Below the pieces are notes generated by a model. That model ran no database searches. It was not told where the DNA came from and worked only from the letters and a program-made list of their open reading frames with translations. A DNA stretch of 64,000 nucleotides. It comes from an uncultured Candidatus Melainabacteria bacterium (GTDB lineage Bacteria; Cyanobacteriota; Vampirovibrionia; Gastranaerophilales; Gastranaerophilaceae). The stretch lies in assembly GCA_947361615.1 (NCBI GenBank), contig CANAJP010000004.1, forward strand, positions 8,216 through 72,215, read 5' to 3'. Below, piece by piece: positions 29,623 through 38,423 of this stretch; position 1 is the stretch's first letter, and every line of letters starts with the position of its first letter. Position numbers and translations under genes: made by a program.

Positions 29623-29827
29623 AATCTTTGAACTACCTCACTCACGTTACTACTATACACAAAATTTAGTGTTTAGGCTCTCAATCCTTAGCATGATTTA
29701 TTTAATATTTTTTTGCGAATAGTCAATCTTTGGATTGATTAGTTTTTCTTAACAATTTTGTGAATAAAAAGCAATTTTTGGGTATATATTTATTTTATAT
29801 ATGTGTTATATAAAAAGAGAGTATATT

Positions 29828-30289
29828 ATGGGTAATCCATTTGATTTTAATCCAAAATTTAATACAAGTTTCAGCCAGCTTCCCGGAGTGAATGTAAGCG
29901 GTAATGCTTTGAAAGGGAAGGGTTCGGTCGGATATTCTCTTGATAAGAATAATAGTTTGGATACAGAGGTAAACTTGTTTAAAGGAAGAGCTGCCGCAAA
30001 ATATACAACAACGTCCCTGCTTCCCGGAGGAAAAACTACATTTCAGGCAAGCACTTCGGGAAAAATAGGAGTCGATACAAGCTTTGAAGCAGGTACTCAT
30101 GGCAATGTTTACGGGTATGTGAATGCAAGCATGTCTAATGGTTCTGTTACTGCCGGAGTTGGTTATAAGAATGATAATTTTTCGGCAAAAGCTTTTTATA
30201 ACAGTAATGCCTCTATGCAAAATATGTTAAAAGATATTAATGAATCTGCGATGCAAGCAGGTGTTACTGTTTCTTATACATTAAAATAA
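29828..30289 (+). CDS. hypothetical Gly/Ser/Thr/Asn-rich beta-type protein (153 aa)
   Basis: ATG at 29828. The antisense ORF 29795-30220 is Cys/Ile-rich and looks spurious. Confidence 0.45.
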   Translation: MGNPFDFNPKFNTSFSQLPGVNVSGNALKGKGSVGYSLDKNNSLDTEVNLFKGRAAAKYTTTSLLPGGKTTFQASTSGKIGVDTSFEAGTHGNVYGYVNASMSNGSVTAGVGYKNDNFSAKAFYNSNASMQNMLKDINESAMQAGVTVSYTLK

Positions 30290-30315
30290 TTATAAATTTA
30301 CGCTATAATGTTTTT

Positions 30316-31491
30316 ATGGAAAAGATTATTGCGCTGGTAGATTGTGACTCTTTTTTTGTGTCTTGCGAGCAGTCCGTTAATCCTGACTTGAAAGACAAGC
30401 CGGTTTGCGTGCTTTCAAATCGTGACGGGTGTGTTATTGCGCGTTCACGTGAGGCAAAAAGAATGGGGATTAGAATGGGCCTGCCATATTTTATGGCAAG
30501 ACAGGATTTCCCTAATGCAATTTATATTTCCGGTCATCACGATTTGTATAAACAGGTTTCAGCTAAAGTTATGAATTTATTACGCGAATATTCGCCGACC
30601 GTTGAGGTTTATTCAATTGACGAGGCGTTTATTGATTTGACGGGATTTGAGCGGCTTTACAAGATGAATTCTGTTGATATCGCAAAGTTTCTCCGTCGTG
30701 AAATCCGAGAAAAAATAGATATTCCTGTGTCAATCGGCTTGAGTTCAAGCAAGACTCTGGCAAAACTGGCGTCTGACAAGGCGAAGCACACTTTCGACGG
30801 GGTTTATTATATCGGTGTCGGCAATCTTGATGACGAACTCAGGCACACTCCTGTTCAGGATATCTGGGGGATTGGGCGCAGGCATTCTCTCACAATGCAG
30901 AAAAATGGGATTTTAAACGCTTATGAACTGGTTCAAAAAAGCGACAGGTTCCTTGATAATCTTATTGGAATTCGCGGACTTGAAATGAAACACGAGCTTT
31001 TGGGCGAAATCGTATCTCATGTTACAAATGAAGTTAAGCCGCCAAAATCTATTCAGCGGACTTCTCAACTGGCAAAGTTTACATCTGACAAAGAATATTT
31101 GAAAAATTCTATTAATTTTCATATTCACCGCGCGTGTGCGAATCTGCGCAAACTCGGTGCCAAAACTTTAGAAATTGGTATCCTTCTGCGTACAAAAGAT
31201 TTTAAAGTCTTTGTCGAAAAAGAAACACTAAATAAGGCGTTAGATTTTGAACTCGAAATTTCAAAAGTGGTTTTTCGCCTATTCGATAAAATTTATAGCC
31301 CTAATACAACTTATAGAAGCACAGGCGTGTTTTTTGATAAACTCGTATATAACGACGCAAGCCAGATGTTTTTGTTCACAGATGATGAGGATGATGAGCG
31401 CAAAACAAAACTCAGCCAGTGTTTTGACAGGCTTGAAGCAAAGTTTGGTAAAGATATCGTGCAAACCGGTTTCGTTAAAAAAGATGTTTGA
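30316..31491 (+). CDS. Y-family DNA polymerase, UmuC-like
   Basis: LVDCDSFFVSCEQ...KPVCVLSNRDGCVIARSREAKRMGI closely parallels the UmuC N-terminus. SIDEAFIDLT motif present. Confidence 0.85.
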   Translation: MEKIIALVDCDSFFVSCEQSVNPDLKDKPVCVLSNRDGCVIARSREAKRMGIRMGLPYFMARQDFPNAIYISGHHDLYKQVSAKVMNLLREYSPTVEVYSIDEAFIDLTGFERLYKMNSVDIAKFLRREIREKIDIPVSIGLSSSKTLAKLASDKAKHTFDGVYYIGVGNLDDELRHTPVQDIWGIGRRHSLTMQKNGILNAYELVQKSDRFLDNLIGIRGLEMKHELLGEIVSHVTNEVKPPKSIQRTSQLAKFTSDKEYLKNSINFHIHRACANLRKLGAKTLEIGILLRTKDFKVFVEKETLNKALDFELEISKVVFRLFDKIYSPNTTYRSTGVFFDKLVYNDASQMFLFTDDEDDERKTKLSQCFDRLEAKFGKDIVQTGFVKKDV

Positions 31492-31522
31492 TTTTTTATC
31501 GGAAAAGTTATATAATAATTGT

Positions 31523-32242
31523 ATGTTTAAAAAGATTGTTTATTTGGTTGTATTAATTGTTTTATCTCTGTGCGTTATTGAAAATGTCAGGGTAACAATA
31601 TTGAATAAATGCGTTTTCCCGTCAATGTACATGACTGCACAGAAAAAACAAGACTATAAATCTTTGGTTCGTTGCGGGCAAATTAAGTTTATGGCAAGAG
31701 AATATGACACAGCACAGACTATTTTTCTGTCTGTGTTAAGAAATGCCTCTACTTCAGAGCATAAGAAAGAAAAACAAGACGCATTTTATCATCTTGCAAA
31801 TACTTATTATGAAACAGAAGATTATGATAATGCACTTAAAGCTTATGCTGTTGTCTTGAAAAATGAACCCGGTAACAGAAAAGCTCTGAGAAAATTCGCG
31901 CGTATAAAAATGGCTAAAGGTGATTATGTTTCGCTCTATCCGTTCATTGCAGCTTATATTAAGACAAAGCCAAACGATTCTTTTGGCTACACTGAAGGTT
32001 GTGCTTTGTTAACGCGTTTGGATAAATTCCCTCAGGCCAGAAAATTTTGTGAACAAGCAATTCAAATTCGACGCGGGAATGCAAGGGCACACTATGATTA
32101 TGCAATTTTGTTAGAAAAACAAGGGTTTAAAGAGTTAGCTGCTGAGCAATATAAAGAGGCTAAAGCTCAACAATCTAAGATTAAGTCTAGAGAAGAACTT
32201 GAAGCAATGTTAAATGTAAATAAGGAAAATGTTGAGGATTAA
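31523..32242 (+). CDS. membrane-anchored TPR-repeat protein
   Basis: The start MFKKIVYLVVLIVLSLCVI follows the stop of the polymerase gene. TPR-like repeats present (YYETEDYDNALKAYAVVLKNEPGN...). The tracked ORF start at 31247 lies inside the polymerase gene. Confidence 0.7.
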   Translation: MFKKIVYLVVLIVLSLCVIENVRVTILNKCVFPSMYMTAQKKQDYKSLVRCGQIKFMAREYDTAQTIFLSVLRNASTSEHKKEKQDAFYHLANTYYETEDYDNALKAYAVVLKNEPGNRKALRKFARIKMAKGDYVSLYPFIAAYIKTKPNDSFGYTEGCALLTRLDKFPQARKFCEQAIQIRRGNARAHYDYAILLEKQGFKELAAEQYKEAKAQQSKIKSREELEAMLNVNKENVED

Positions 32243-32254
32243 AAAGCATAACAA

Positions 32255-32414
32255 CTGTCATCCCGAACTTGTTTCGGGATCTGTCAAACGATACTTTTTA
32301 AGTTTAAACAAAAGAATAAATTTTGATTTCAACGTGGAATTAATTGTTGAATTTTTTACTTAATTTTTTTCTTACGGAACACTGGACAGATCCCGAAACA
32401 AGTTCGGGATGACA
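32255..32414. repeat. MITE-like element with 32-bp terminal inverted repeats
   Basis: ctgtcatcccgaacttgtttcgggatctgtca (32255-32286) has its reverse complement at 32383-32414. They flank about 96 bp of AT-rich DNA. Confidence 0.75.
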
Positions 32415-32436
32415 GAAATGTGTTATAACCCGTCGA

Positions 32437-32967
32437 TTAGTATTTCAACATTGAAACTATGTTATCTGTTGCGAGTTTTTCCCGGCCTTTGAGCGCTTCT
32501 AATTCAATCAGGAACGCAATGCCAACAAGGTTTCCGCCCGTTTGTTTGATGAGTTTGCAAGCTGCTTCTGCTGTTCCGCCTGTTGCAAGTAAATCGTCTA
32601 CGATTAAAACATTTGCGCCGGCAGGGATTGCGTCTTTGTGGATTTCAATTGTATCTGTACCATATTCTAAATCATAGCTCTGGCTTAATGTTTCTGCAGG
32701 AAGCTTTTTAGGTTTTCTGATAGGCACAAAGCCTGCGTTCAATTTGTAAGCTATAGGCATACCAAAGATAAAGCCGCGGCTTTCTATACCCGCAACGTAA
32801 TCAATTTTTTGCCCCTCAAATTTTTCGCACATATAATCTATCATGATTTTCAATGTTTCAGCGTCTTTCAAGGCAGTTGTGATATCTCTGAAAACAATTC
32901 CCTCTTTTGGAAAGTTTTCTACTGCACGAATTTTGTCTTTTACTGATGCTATTAATGTTTCAGTCAT
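32437..32967 (-). CDS. apt: adenine phosphoribosyltransferase
   Basis: [20 protein letters not shown]-binding motif. 176 aa. Confidence 0.92.
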   Translation of the reverse strand: MTETLIASVKDKIRAVENFPKEGIVFRDITTALKDAETLKIMIDYMCEKFEGQKIDYVAGIESRGFIFGMPIAYKLNAGFVPIRKPKKLPAETLSQSYDLEYGTDTIEIHKDAIPAGANVLIVDDLLATGGTAEAACKLIKQTGGNLVGIAFLIELEALKGREKLATDNIVSMLKY

Positions 32968-32983
32968 TTTAGTGTTTTCTCCA

Positions 32984-34306
32984 TTATGCTTTTACGTGTT
33001 GTTGTTCTTCTTCCATAACCAAACCGTGGGCGGTTTTGCCCCAGTTCATGTCTTTTTTCATAAATAAAATTTTAAAACTTATAAATATTACAAGCGGGAA
33101 CCATATTAACAGGAAGTAAATACTTGTTTGTATTGCCTGTATGCAGGCGTTCCATCTTGAAAGGTTGTCATATCTTCTCAGAGCATATCTTATTGTCACA
33201 AAAAATCCGAACCCGATTACAGCTCCGATGATTACCGATGAATACAAAATATGCGGTGAAGCGTCTTTTGCAAGGCATTTGAACGTTCTGATGAATAATT
33301 CCAGCAGGAACCAGCCCGGCATGATGAATTGTGAAATGTAAATGGTCATATCAAGACTTGCCCGAAGCGACATTTCTTTAGATGTCAAAACATCCTGACA
33401 GTATTCGAGGTATCTTCTGATAGTACCTTCAAGCCATCTTCTGCGCTGACGGTAAAGCGGCCAGATGTATGCAATACCTTCTTCGTAAACAATTGCGTCC
33501 ATGCAGAAACGAATATCCCAGCCTTTAATATGAAGTCTTGTTGACATATCAAGGTCATCGGTAATTGTGTAATTGTTCCAGCCGCCGATATCTTCAAGTG
33601 CTTCACGTTTAATAAGTTCGCCGTTTCCGCGAAGTTCAACGGCACCTTTTACTGAGTCACGTGAGATTTGTAATTGCGCGTCCATTGTATATTCGTTGTT
33701 CTGGCATCTGGTCAAAAGATTGAAGTCTTTATTTCTAATAACTTTTCTAGCCTGAACAGCACCTACATCTTCCGGCTCAAGCATTGGTATAAGCTTGTTC
33801 AAAAAGTCCGGCTCAACTGTAGCGTCGGCGTCAAATACAAGAATTGCTTCGCCTTTTGCGAATGCCATTGCGTCGTTTAAAACAGCAGATTTCCCCGGGA
33901 ATGCATCTTGCGGACGGATGAATGCTTTCAGGTTTGAATATTTTTTTTCTAAATCTTTTATTACAGAAGCTGTGTTATCAGAACTTCTGTCGTCGATTAC
34001 GATAATTTCAAAATTAGGATAATCGATACGTTCTATGTTGGCGATTGTATCAGAAATCACGCTTTCTTCATTATGTGCCGGAACCATTATGGTTACAAAC
34101 GGTTTGTAGTTTTCGTTAATCGGCTCGGGGTGAAATTTTAAAACACGTTTTTTAACTTTATATGCGAGGTTAGTTGTAACCCCATAAATGAACATTCCAA
34201 GGCAAATTAGTGCCAGTCCCCAAACCGTATTGAAATAACTCTGATAGATATAAATCGATACAGTTAAACCCAAAATAATAAAGAATAATAAAATCCGTTC
34301 TTTCAT
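32984..34306 (-). CDS. membrane-integrated processive GT2 polysaccharide synthase (PgaC/IcaA/cellulose-synthase-like)
   Basis: N-terminal and C-terminal TM helices. Motifs [23 protein letters not shown] and QRRRWLEG (QxxRW). Confidence 0.85.
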   Translation of the reverse strand: MKERILLFFIILGLTVSIYIYQSYFNTVWGLALICLGMFIYGVTTNLAYKVKKRVLKFHPEPINENYKPFVTIMVPAHNEESVISDTIANIERIDYPNFEIIVIDDRSSDNTASVIKDLEKKYSNLKAFIRPQDAFPGKSAVLNDAMAFAKGEAILVFDADATVEPDFLNKLIPMLEPEDVGAVQARKVIRNKDFNLLTRCQNNEYTMDAQLQISRDSVKGAVELRGNGELIKREALEDIGGWNNYTITDDLDMSTRLHIKGWDIRFCMDAIVYEEGIAYIWPLYRQRRRWLEGTIRRYLEYCQDVLTSKEMSLRASLDMTIYISQFIMPGWFLLELFIRTFKCLAKDASPHILYSSVIIGAVIGFGFFVTIRYALRRYDNLSRWNACIQAIQTSIYFLLIWFPLVIFISFKILFMKKDMNWGKTAHGLVMEEEQQHVKA

Positions 34307-34446
34307 AGCTTTATCTTAAATCCTATAATGTCCGAGAAAGTTTCGCTAGCGAAACTTTGGAGTGGCGTGTTAGACAGCGCAGCCACGGGTTGACCTGCGG
34401 GAGCGGGGCAAGCAAGTGGCGGAGAACTGCTTTTAAATTGATTATA
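34307..34446 (-). promoter_or_regulatory. GC-rich structured 5' leader of the GT2 synthase gene, with putative promoter
   Basis: On the minus strand: TTCAAC, 17 nt, then TATAAT (34446-34441). About 125 nt follows that is markedly more GC-rich than its surroundings. It includes the perfect 22-nt palindrome aaagtttcgctagcgaaacttt (34337-34358) and CGCAG/CUGCG and GUGGC/GCCAC pairings. Confidence 0.45.
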
Positions 34447-34485
34447 TCAAAAAAACACAGAAAGTTGAAACGAGCGTAAAAAACG

Positions 34486-34833
34486 TTACACATTTAACAT
34501 TTTTAAAAAGCTTTTCAATTTTCCTTTGAAGTCATTTCCCTGTGGAATATTTGCGGATTTATAAAATTCTTTATATGAGTTTATGATATTGAATGGCAAA
34601 TCTTCGTCGTTATCGAGGATTTCGGCAATCATCATTAAATAACTGTCCTGCTCTTCTTTATATAAAAGGTCGCGTTTGCGCAAATCTTCATCGGCTTCGA
34701 AATACACTAATGCATGGTAAGAAGCCTGAATGCTTTCGTCCTCAATATCATGCGGGAATTGATTAATCGCTTCGCGCACGCAAATTTTGCCGATTAGAAC
34801 TTCTCTAATTAATTGCGCAACTTTTTTTCTCAT
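34486..34833 (-). CDS. 115-aa acidic soluble protein co-transcribed with the BlaI-family repressor
   Basis: ATGA overlap with the upstream gene. No TM segment and no recognised motif. Confidence 0.55.
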   Translation of the reverse strand: MRKKVAQLIREVLIGKICVREAINQFPHDIEDESIQASYHALVYFEADEDLRKRDLLYKEEQDSYLMMIAEILDNDEDLPFNIINSYKEFYKSANIPQGNDFKGKLKSFLKMLNV

Positions 34834-35171
34834 TTTACTAATAAGTCATATTTAGCTTCAACAAAACGGATAAGATTTGAAGAATTTCCTTCAAAGAAGT
34901 TGTTAATGACTTCGTTTACAGCTTCAAGAGCCATTTCTTCTCTCTGCATAGTTGCTTTGTAGAAGAATTTTTTACCAACTCTGTATCTAACGAGAATGCT
35001 TTTTACGGTTAATCTGTCCATAACCGTCTTTATAGTTGTGTATGCACGCTCTACCCCTTTGCTTGACAGGTAATCAACAACGTCCTGAATTGAAATATCA
35101 TTATCTTCGCCGTTGTTTGTTAAATCCCAAATCGAGTTTAAAATGTCAATTTCTAAAGTTCCGCATGTCAT
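34830..35171 (-). CDS. BlaI/MecI/CopY-family winged-helix repressor
   Basis: LEIDILNSIWDL...ISIQDVVDYL...AYTTIKTVMDRLTVKSILVRYRVGKKFFYKA matches the penicillinase-repressor fold pattern. Confidence 0.8.
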   Translation of the reverse strand: MTCGTLEIDILNSIWDLTNNGEDNDISIQDVVDYLSSKGVERAYTTIKTVMDRLTVKSILVRYRVGKKFFYKATMQREEMALEAVNEVINNFFEGNSSNLIRFVEAKYDLLVK

Positions 35172-35246
35172 AAGTTCTTCCTTCTTCCTATTATAATAAA
35201 GTGTATTACGATTGTAACATATTGGTTTTATTTTTGCAATAGCTGA

Positions 35247-36395
35247 TTAGAACATTTCCAATAGATTTTCTTCTTTTGTTACAAAACTTTTTTTTCTTCT
35301 GGCTTTCTCGTTTTTCTTCTTTGTTTTGTTGGAAACTTTTTTGTAGGCATTATCTATAGAAATTTTAGTTAATGGTGTGCCTTTTTTCTTGTCGAAGAAA
35401 ACGAGCCAGAAATTTCTGTTAATGTTATCAACGGCAAATGAAATGTTTCCAACGATTTTTTCACCGGGTTTAATTTGTTTGAACATGATTTTTGTATCGC
35501 CAAAGATTGATGGTCTGAAAGTTGCGTTGTAGTCGTTGATAAGCGCCATGTCGAGGCCTGAAAGATTTTTGTCAGAATGGTTGGTAATCATGACTGTGAG
35601 TGTGATGGTGTTTGCGACATCAAACGGGTCTTTTTCGTGTTTTATGTTGCTGATAAAAATATCTAAACCCGGATAGAAAAGTTCGTGCTGCATAAGAGCT
35701 TCTTCGCGATAGACCGGAAGTTCCACGTCTGATTTGATTTTGACTTTAATTTCATCTCCAGGGGCGATTAAGACATTGTGCCCTTTTCTAACCAGCGCCA
35801 TGCCTAAACCGTAAGCACCTCCAACGGCAGCGCCTGCTGCGAGAGTGTAGCCTTGAGATGCAATAGCGGCTTCAATTCCTAACAGGTTAAGCGCGACAAA
35901 CCCTCCGACAACGCCGCCTGCGGCAGTGTAGCCGACATCCTGTGCAACGATTTTAGCTGTTTCTACAACGGGATGAAGCTTTGTACTCATGTGGCCCTCG
36001 ATTGGGATTTCACGGCCATCAGGTGTAATCAGATAGTCAAAATCCATTTCAATCCACGCGGAACGTCCTAGGCTTTTAGCTTCACCTGATTCAATAATTG
36101 AGCCGTGCGCGATAGTTCCTTTCGGGATGATAACGCCTTTGTCACCGACAACATCGGTCGTGACTTCGGCGAAAAATTCATCACCCTCAATCGTAAGGTT
36201 TCCGTCGAGTACCTGTGAAACAGTCATGTTGATAACATCTTTGCGCTCTAATTTTTCGACTTCTCCAGTGAAAATTTCTTCTTGACGCGGAATGAAGTTT
36301 TCATTGTATTCAACAGACGCGTCGAATGTTTGCGCCATAACAAGCGGCTGAGCCAATAAAACGGATGAAATGACTATGCCCAAAATCTTCTTCAT
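35247..36395 (-). CDS. secreted protein with a TrbI/VirB10-like beta segment, a glycine-zipper region and a C-terminal Ig-like segment
   Basis: Start set at MKKILGIVISSVLLAQPLVMAQ (signal peptide). VIIPKGTIAHGSIIESG...AWIEMDFDYLITPDGREIPIEG resembles TrbI-family motifs. Gly-zipper AAGGVVGGFVALNLLG...AAGAAVGGAYGLGMA. Confidence 0.5.
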   Translation of the reverse strand: MKKILGIVISSVLLAQPLVMAQTFDASVEYNENFIPRQEEIFTGEVEKLERKDVINMTVSQVLDGNLTIEGDEFFAEVTTDVVGDKGVIIPKGTIAHGSIIESGEAKSLGRSAWIEMDFDYLITPDGREIPIEGHMSTKLHPVVETAKIVAQDVGYTAAGGVVGGFVALNLLGIEAAIASQGYTLAAGAAVGGAYGLGMALVRKGHNVLIAPGDEIKVKIKSDVELPVYREEALMQHELFYPGLDIFISNIKHEKDPFDVANTITLTVMITNHSDKNLSGLDMALINDYNATFRPSIFGDTKIMFKQIKPGEKIVGNISFAVDNINRNFWLVFFDKKKGTPLTKISIDNAYKKVSNKTKKKNEKARRKKSFVTKEENLLEMF

Positions 36396-36467
36396 AATGA
36401 AATTATACAACAAGCGCGGTGTATAATCAAATAAATTTCGGCAAATTTTTCTTTTACTGTTTTTATT

Positions 36468-38423
36468 ATGAATATGCAAGTGAAATCGAATATTTCTCAA
36501 ATAGGTTTTAAAGCAATTACCCTCAACAAAGAAGAGGAACGGAGAACGACGGTTTTGTTGAATTCGTTAGGGGAAAATACCGGAAAAGATGAGCTTATTA
36601 AAAGCCAACTTTTTGATGTTTTTGACAAGCATATCCAGAAAGAAGCTGGACTAAAAGTTAAGAGTTGTCATTCACTGCCGGATTTTTTGCAGAAAATCTA
36701 TTTGGCTTTTTTAGAAAAATTAGAAGCAGGAAAAACTGAAAAATTGACATCTACTGCACTTGTTGAATATTTAAACATTATTAAACCGGCTAAGGATGAA
36801 ATTCTGCCAGATTTCGCGTTTGATACAAAGTCTATTCATTCAAAAATCTCAAACAATATGGACTTTACGCTTGAAACTCTTCTCACCGAAGGCGATTTAC
36901 CTGTATATGCAAGTTCGGCAAATCAAGAAGAACGTTTGCCATACCAACAACATTTAAAGAATGTTATAGAAACAAGCAGCTTGAAAGACAAAGAAAAAGA
37001 AGTTTTATTAGAATCCGGAAGCGGGAAAACGTATCGAGAATTGGCAGAAGAATATTTAACCAGTGTTTGTTCAATAAGAGAGAAAATATTTTGTTCTCTT
37101 ATAAAATTGAAATATTCACTGGGCCTCTTGCCGGGAAAATATAAAGAAAATATTGAAACTTCCAGTAAACTTTTGAATATCGACAAGGATGTTTTTGAGC
37201 AAACCGCTTTTAAAAAGCCTCAACTATTCTATCTAACCCCTGAGTTTCTTGTGCAGAACGTCGAAACTACCGCTAAACTTTTGAAACAGAAAAAAGAAGT
37301 TTATATCCAATCTGCGTTAAAACAGCCAACATTATTCTACTTAAAACCAGAACGAATTAATCAAAATGTTGAAGCAACAAGCAAGCTTTTAAACCTTAAA
37401 AAGGATGATTTTATCAAAGCAGCAGTCAAATATCCGTCGTTATTTTATCACAAGCCACAAACAATCAACCATAATGTTGAAACAACGAGTAAACTTTTAA
37501 ACCTTAAAAAAGAAATTTTAGTCAAAGCCGCAGTTAACCAACCGCCATTATTTTACCAAAAACCTGAAACCATTAACCAAAATATAGAAACAACAGGTGA
37601 GATTTTGAACGTTGAAAAAGATGTTTTGGTTCGTGCCGCTCTTAATCGGCCAACTTTATTTTGCCAGAAACCGGAAACTATTAATCAAAACATTGAAAGC
37701 ACGGCGCAACTTCTGAATATCGATAAAGATGTATTTATAAAAGCGGCAATAAAACGCCCTGCCTTATTTGGCCGTAGCCCTGAAACCCTTAATCAAAACA
37801 TAGAAGTCGCAAGCAAACTTTTGAATTTAGAAAAAGAAGTTTTTGTTCAAGCGGCGATTAAGCAACCTACTCTATTTTGTCAGAAGCCTGATACGCTAAA
37901 TCAGAACGTAGAAACAATTAGTAAATTGTTAAATGTTGAAAAGTCTGTATTTGTTCAGGCCGCTCTAAAACAACCTACATTATTCTACCGCGCTCCCGAA
38001 TCTATTAACAGTAATATAGAAACCACAAGTCAGCTTTTGAATACTAAAAAGGATGCTTTTGTTAAATCCGCTCTGATAAAACCGCAGTTGTTTATTTTAA
38101 AGCCTGAAACTATCGTGAAAAAGGTGAAAATTATGCAATATTACGATGAAATACTGGGAAATAAAAATAATAGAAAAAGTGTTCTTCTGTATTCCGACGA
38201 AAAATTATATCATAGAATACTGGATTACCTAGTTACTTCTCAACACAAATTAAAATCATCTATGAGTGAGTTGGCATTAGTATCACTGTTAGAAAAGCAT
38301 GATGGCGCATATAAATTTGAAATCCCTCAAAATTCATTGACACAAGAATTTATAGAATATGCACAAAATTTTTCTCTAAAACATCTCCATAAACAGATAT
38401 TTAACTTTAAAATTAAAATTTAA
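36468..38423 (+). CDS. sigma-70 region-4/LuxR-type HTH protein with nine tandem 36-aa mTERF-like repeats
   Basis: aa 172-216: LKDKEKEVLLESGSGKTYRELAEEYLTSVCSIREKIFCSLIKLK. aa 225-548: 9 repeats of INQN(I/V)ETTSKLLN(L/I)-K(D/E)VF(V/I)KAA(I/L)KQPTLFYQKPET. Confidence 0.7.
   Translation: MNMQVKSNISQIGFKAITLNKEEERRTTVLLNSLGENTGKDELIKSQLFDVFDKHIQKEAGLKVKSCHSLPDFLQKIYLAFLEKLEAGKTEKLTSTALVEYLNIIKPAKDEILPDFAFDTKSIHSKISNNMDFTLETLLTEGDLPVYASSANQEERLPYQQHLKNVIETSSLKDKEKEVLLESGSGKTYRELAEEYLTSVCSIREKIFCSLIKLKYSLGLLPGKYKENIETSSKLLNIDKDVFEQTAFKKPQLFYLTPEFLVQNVETTAKLLKQKKEVYIQSALKQPTLFYLKPERINQNVEATSKLLNLKKDDFIKAAVKYPSLFYHKPQTINHNVETTSKLLNLKKEILVKAAVNQPPLFYQKPETINQNIETTGEILNVEKDVLVRAALNRPTLFCQKPETINQNIESTAQLLNIDKDVFIKAAIKRPALFGRSPETLNQNIEVASKLLNLEKEVFVQAAIKQPTLFCQKPDTLNQNVETISKLLNVEKSVFVQAALKQPTLFYRAPESINSNIETTSQLLNTKKDAFVKSALIKPQLFILKPETIVKKVKIMQYYDEILGNKNNRKSVLLYSDEKLYHRILDYLVTSQHKLKSSMSELALVSLLEKHDGAYKFEIPQNSLTQEFIEYAQNFSLKHLHKQIFNFKIKI
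37140..38114 (+). repeat. 108-bp tandem coding repeats (9 units) inside 36468-38423
   Basis: Period-36-aa protein repeats are visible directly in the translation. Confidence 0.85.

Noticed and set aside
34307-34446. Tried to assign the GC-rich leader to c-di-GMP-I/II, ykkC/guanidine, ZTP, fluoride or preQ1 riboswitch classes.
   Set aside because: I could not find any of the conserved core sequences by eye. It is reported only as an unclassified structured leader.
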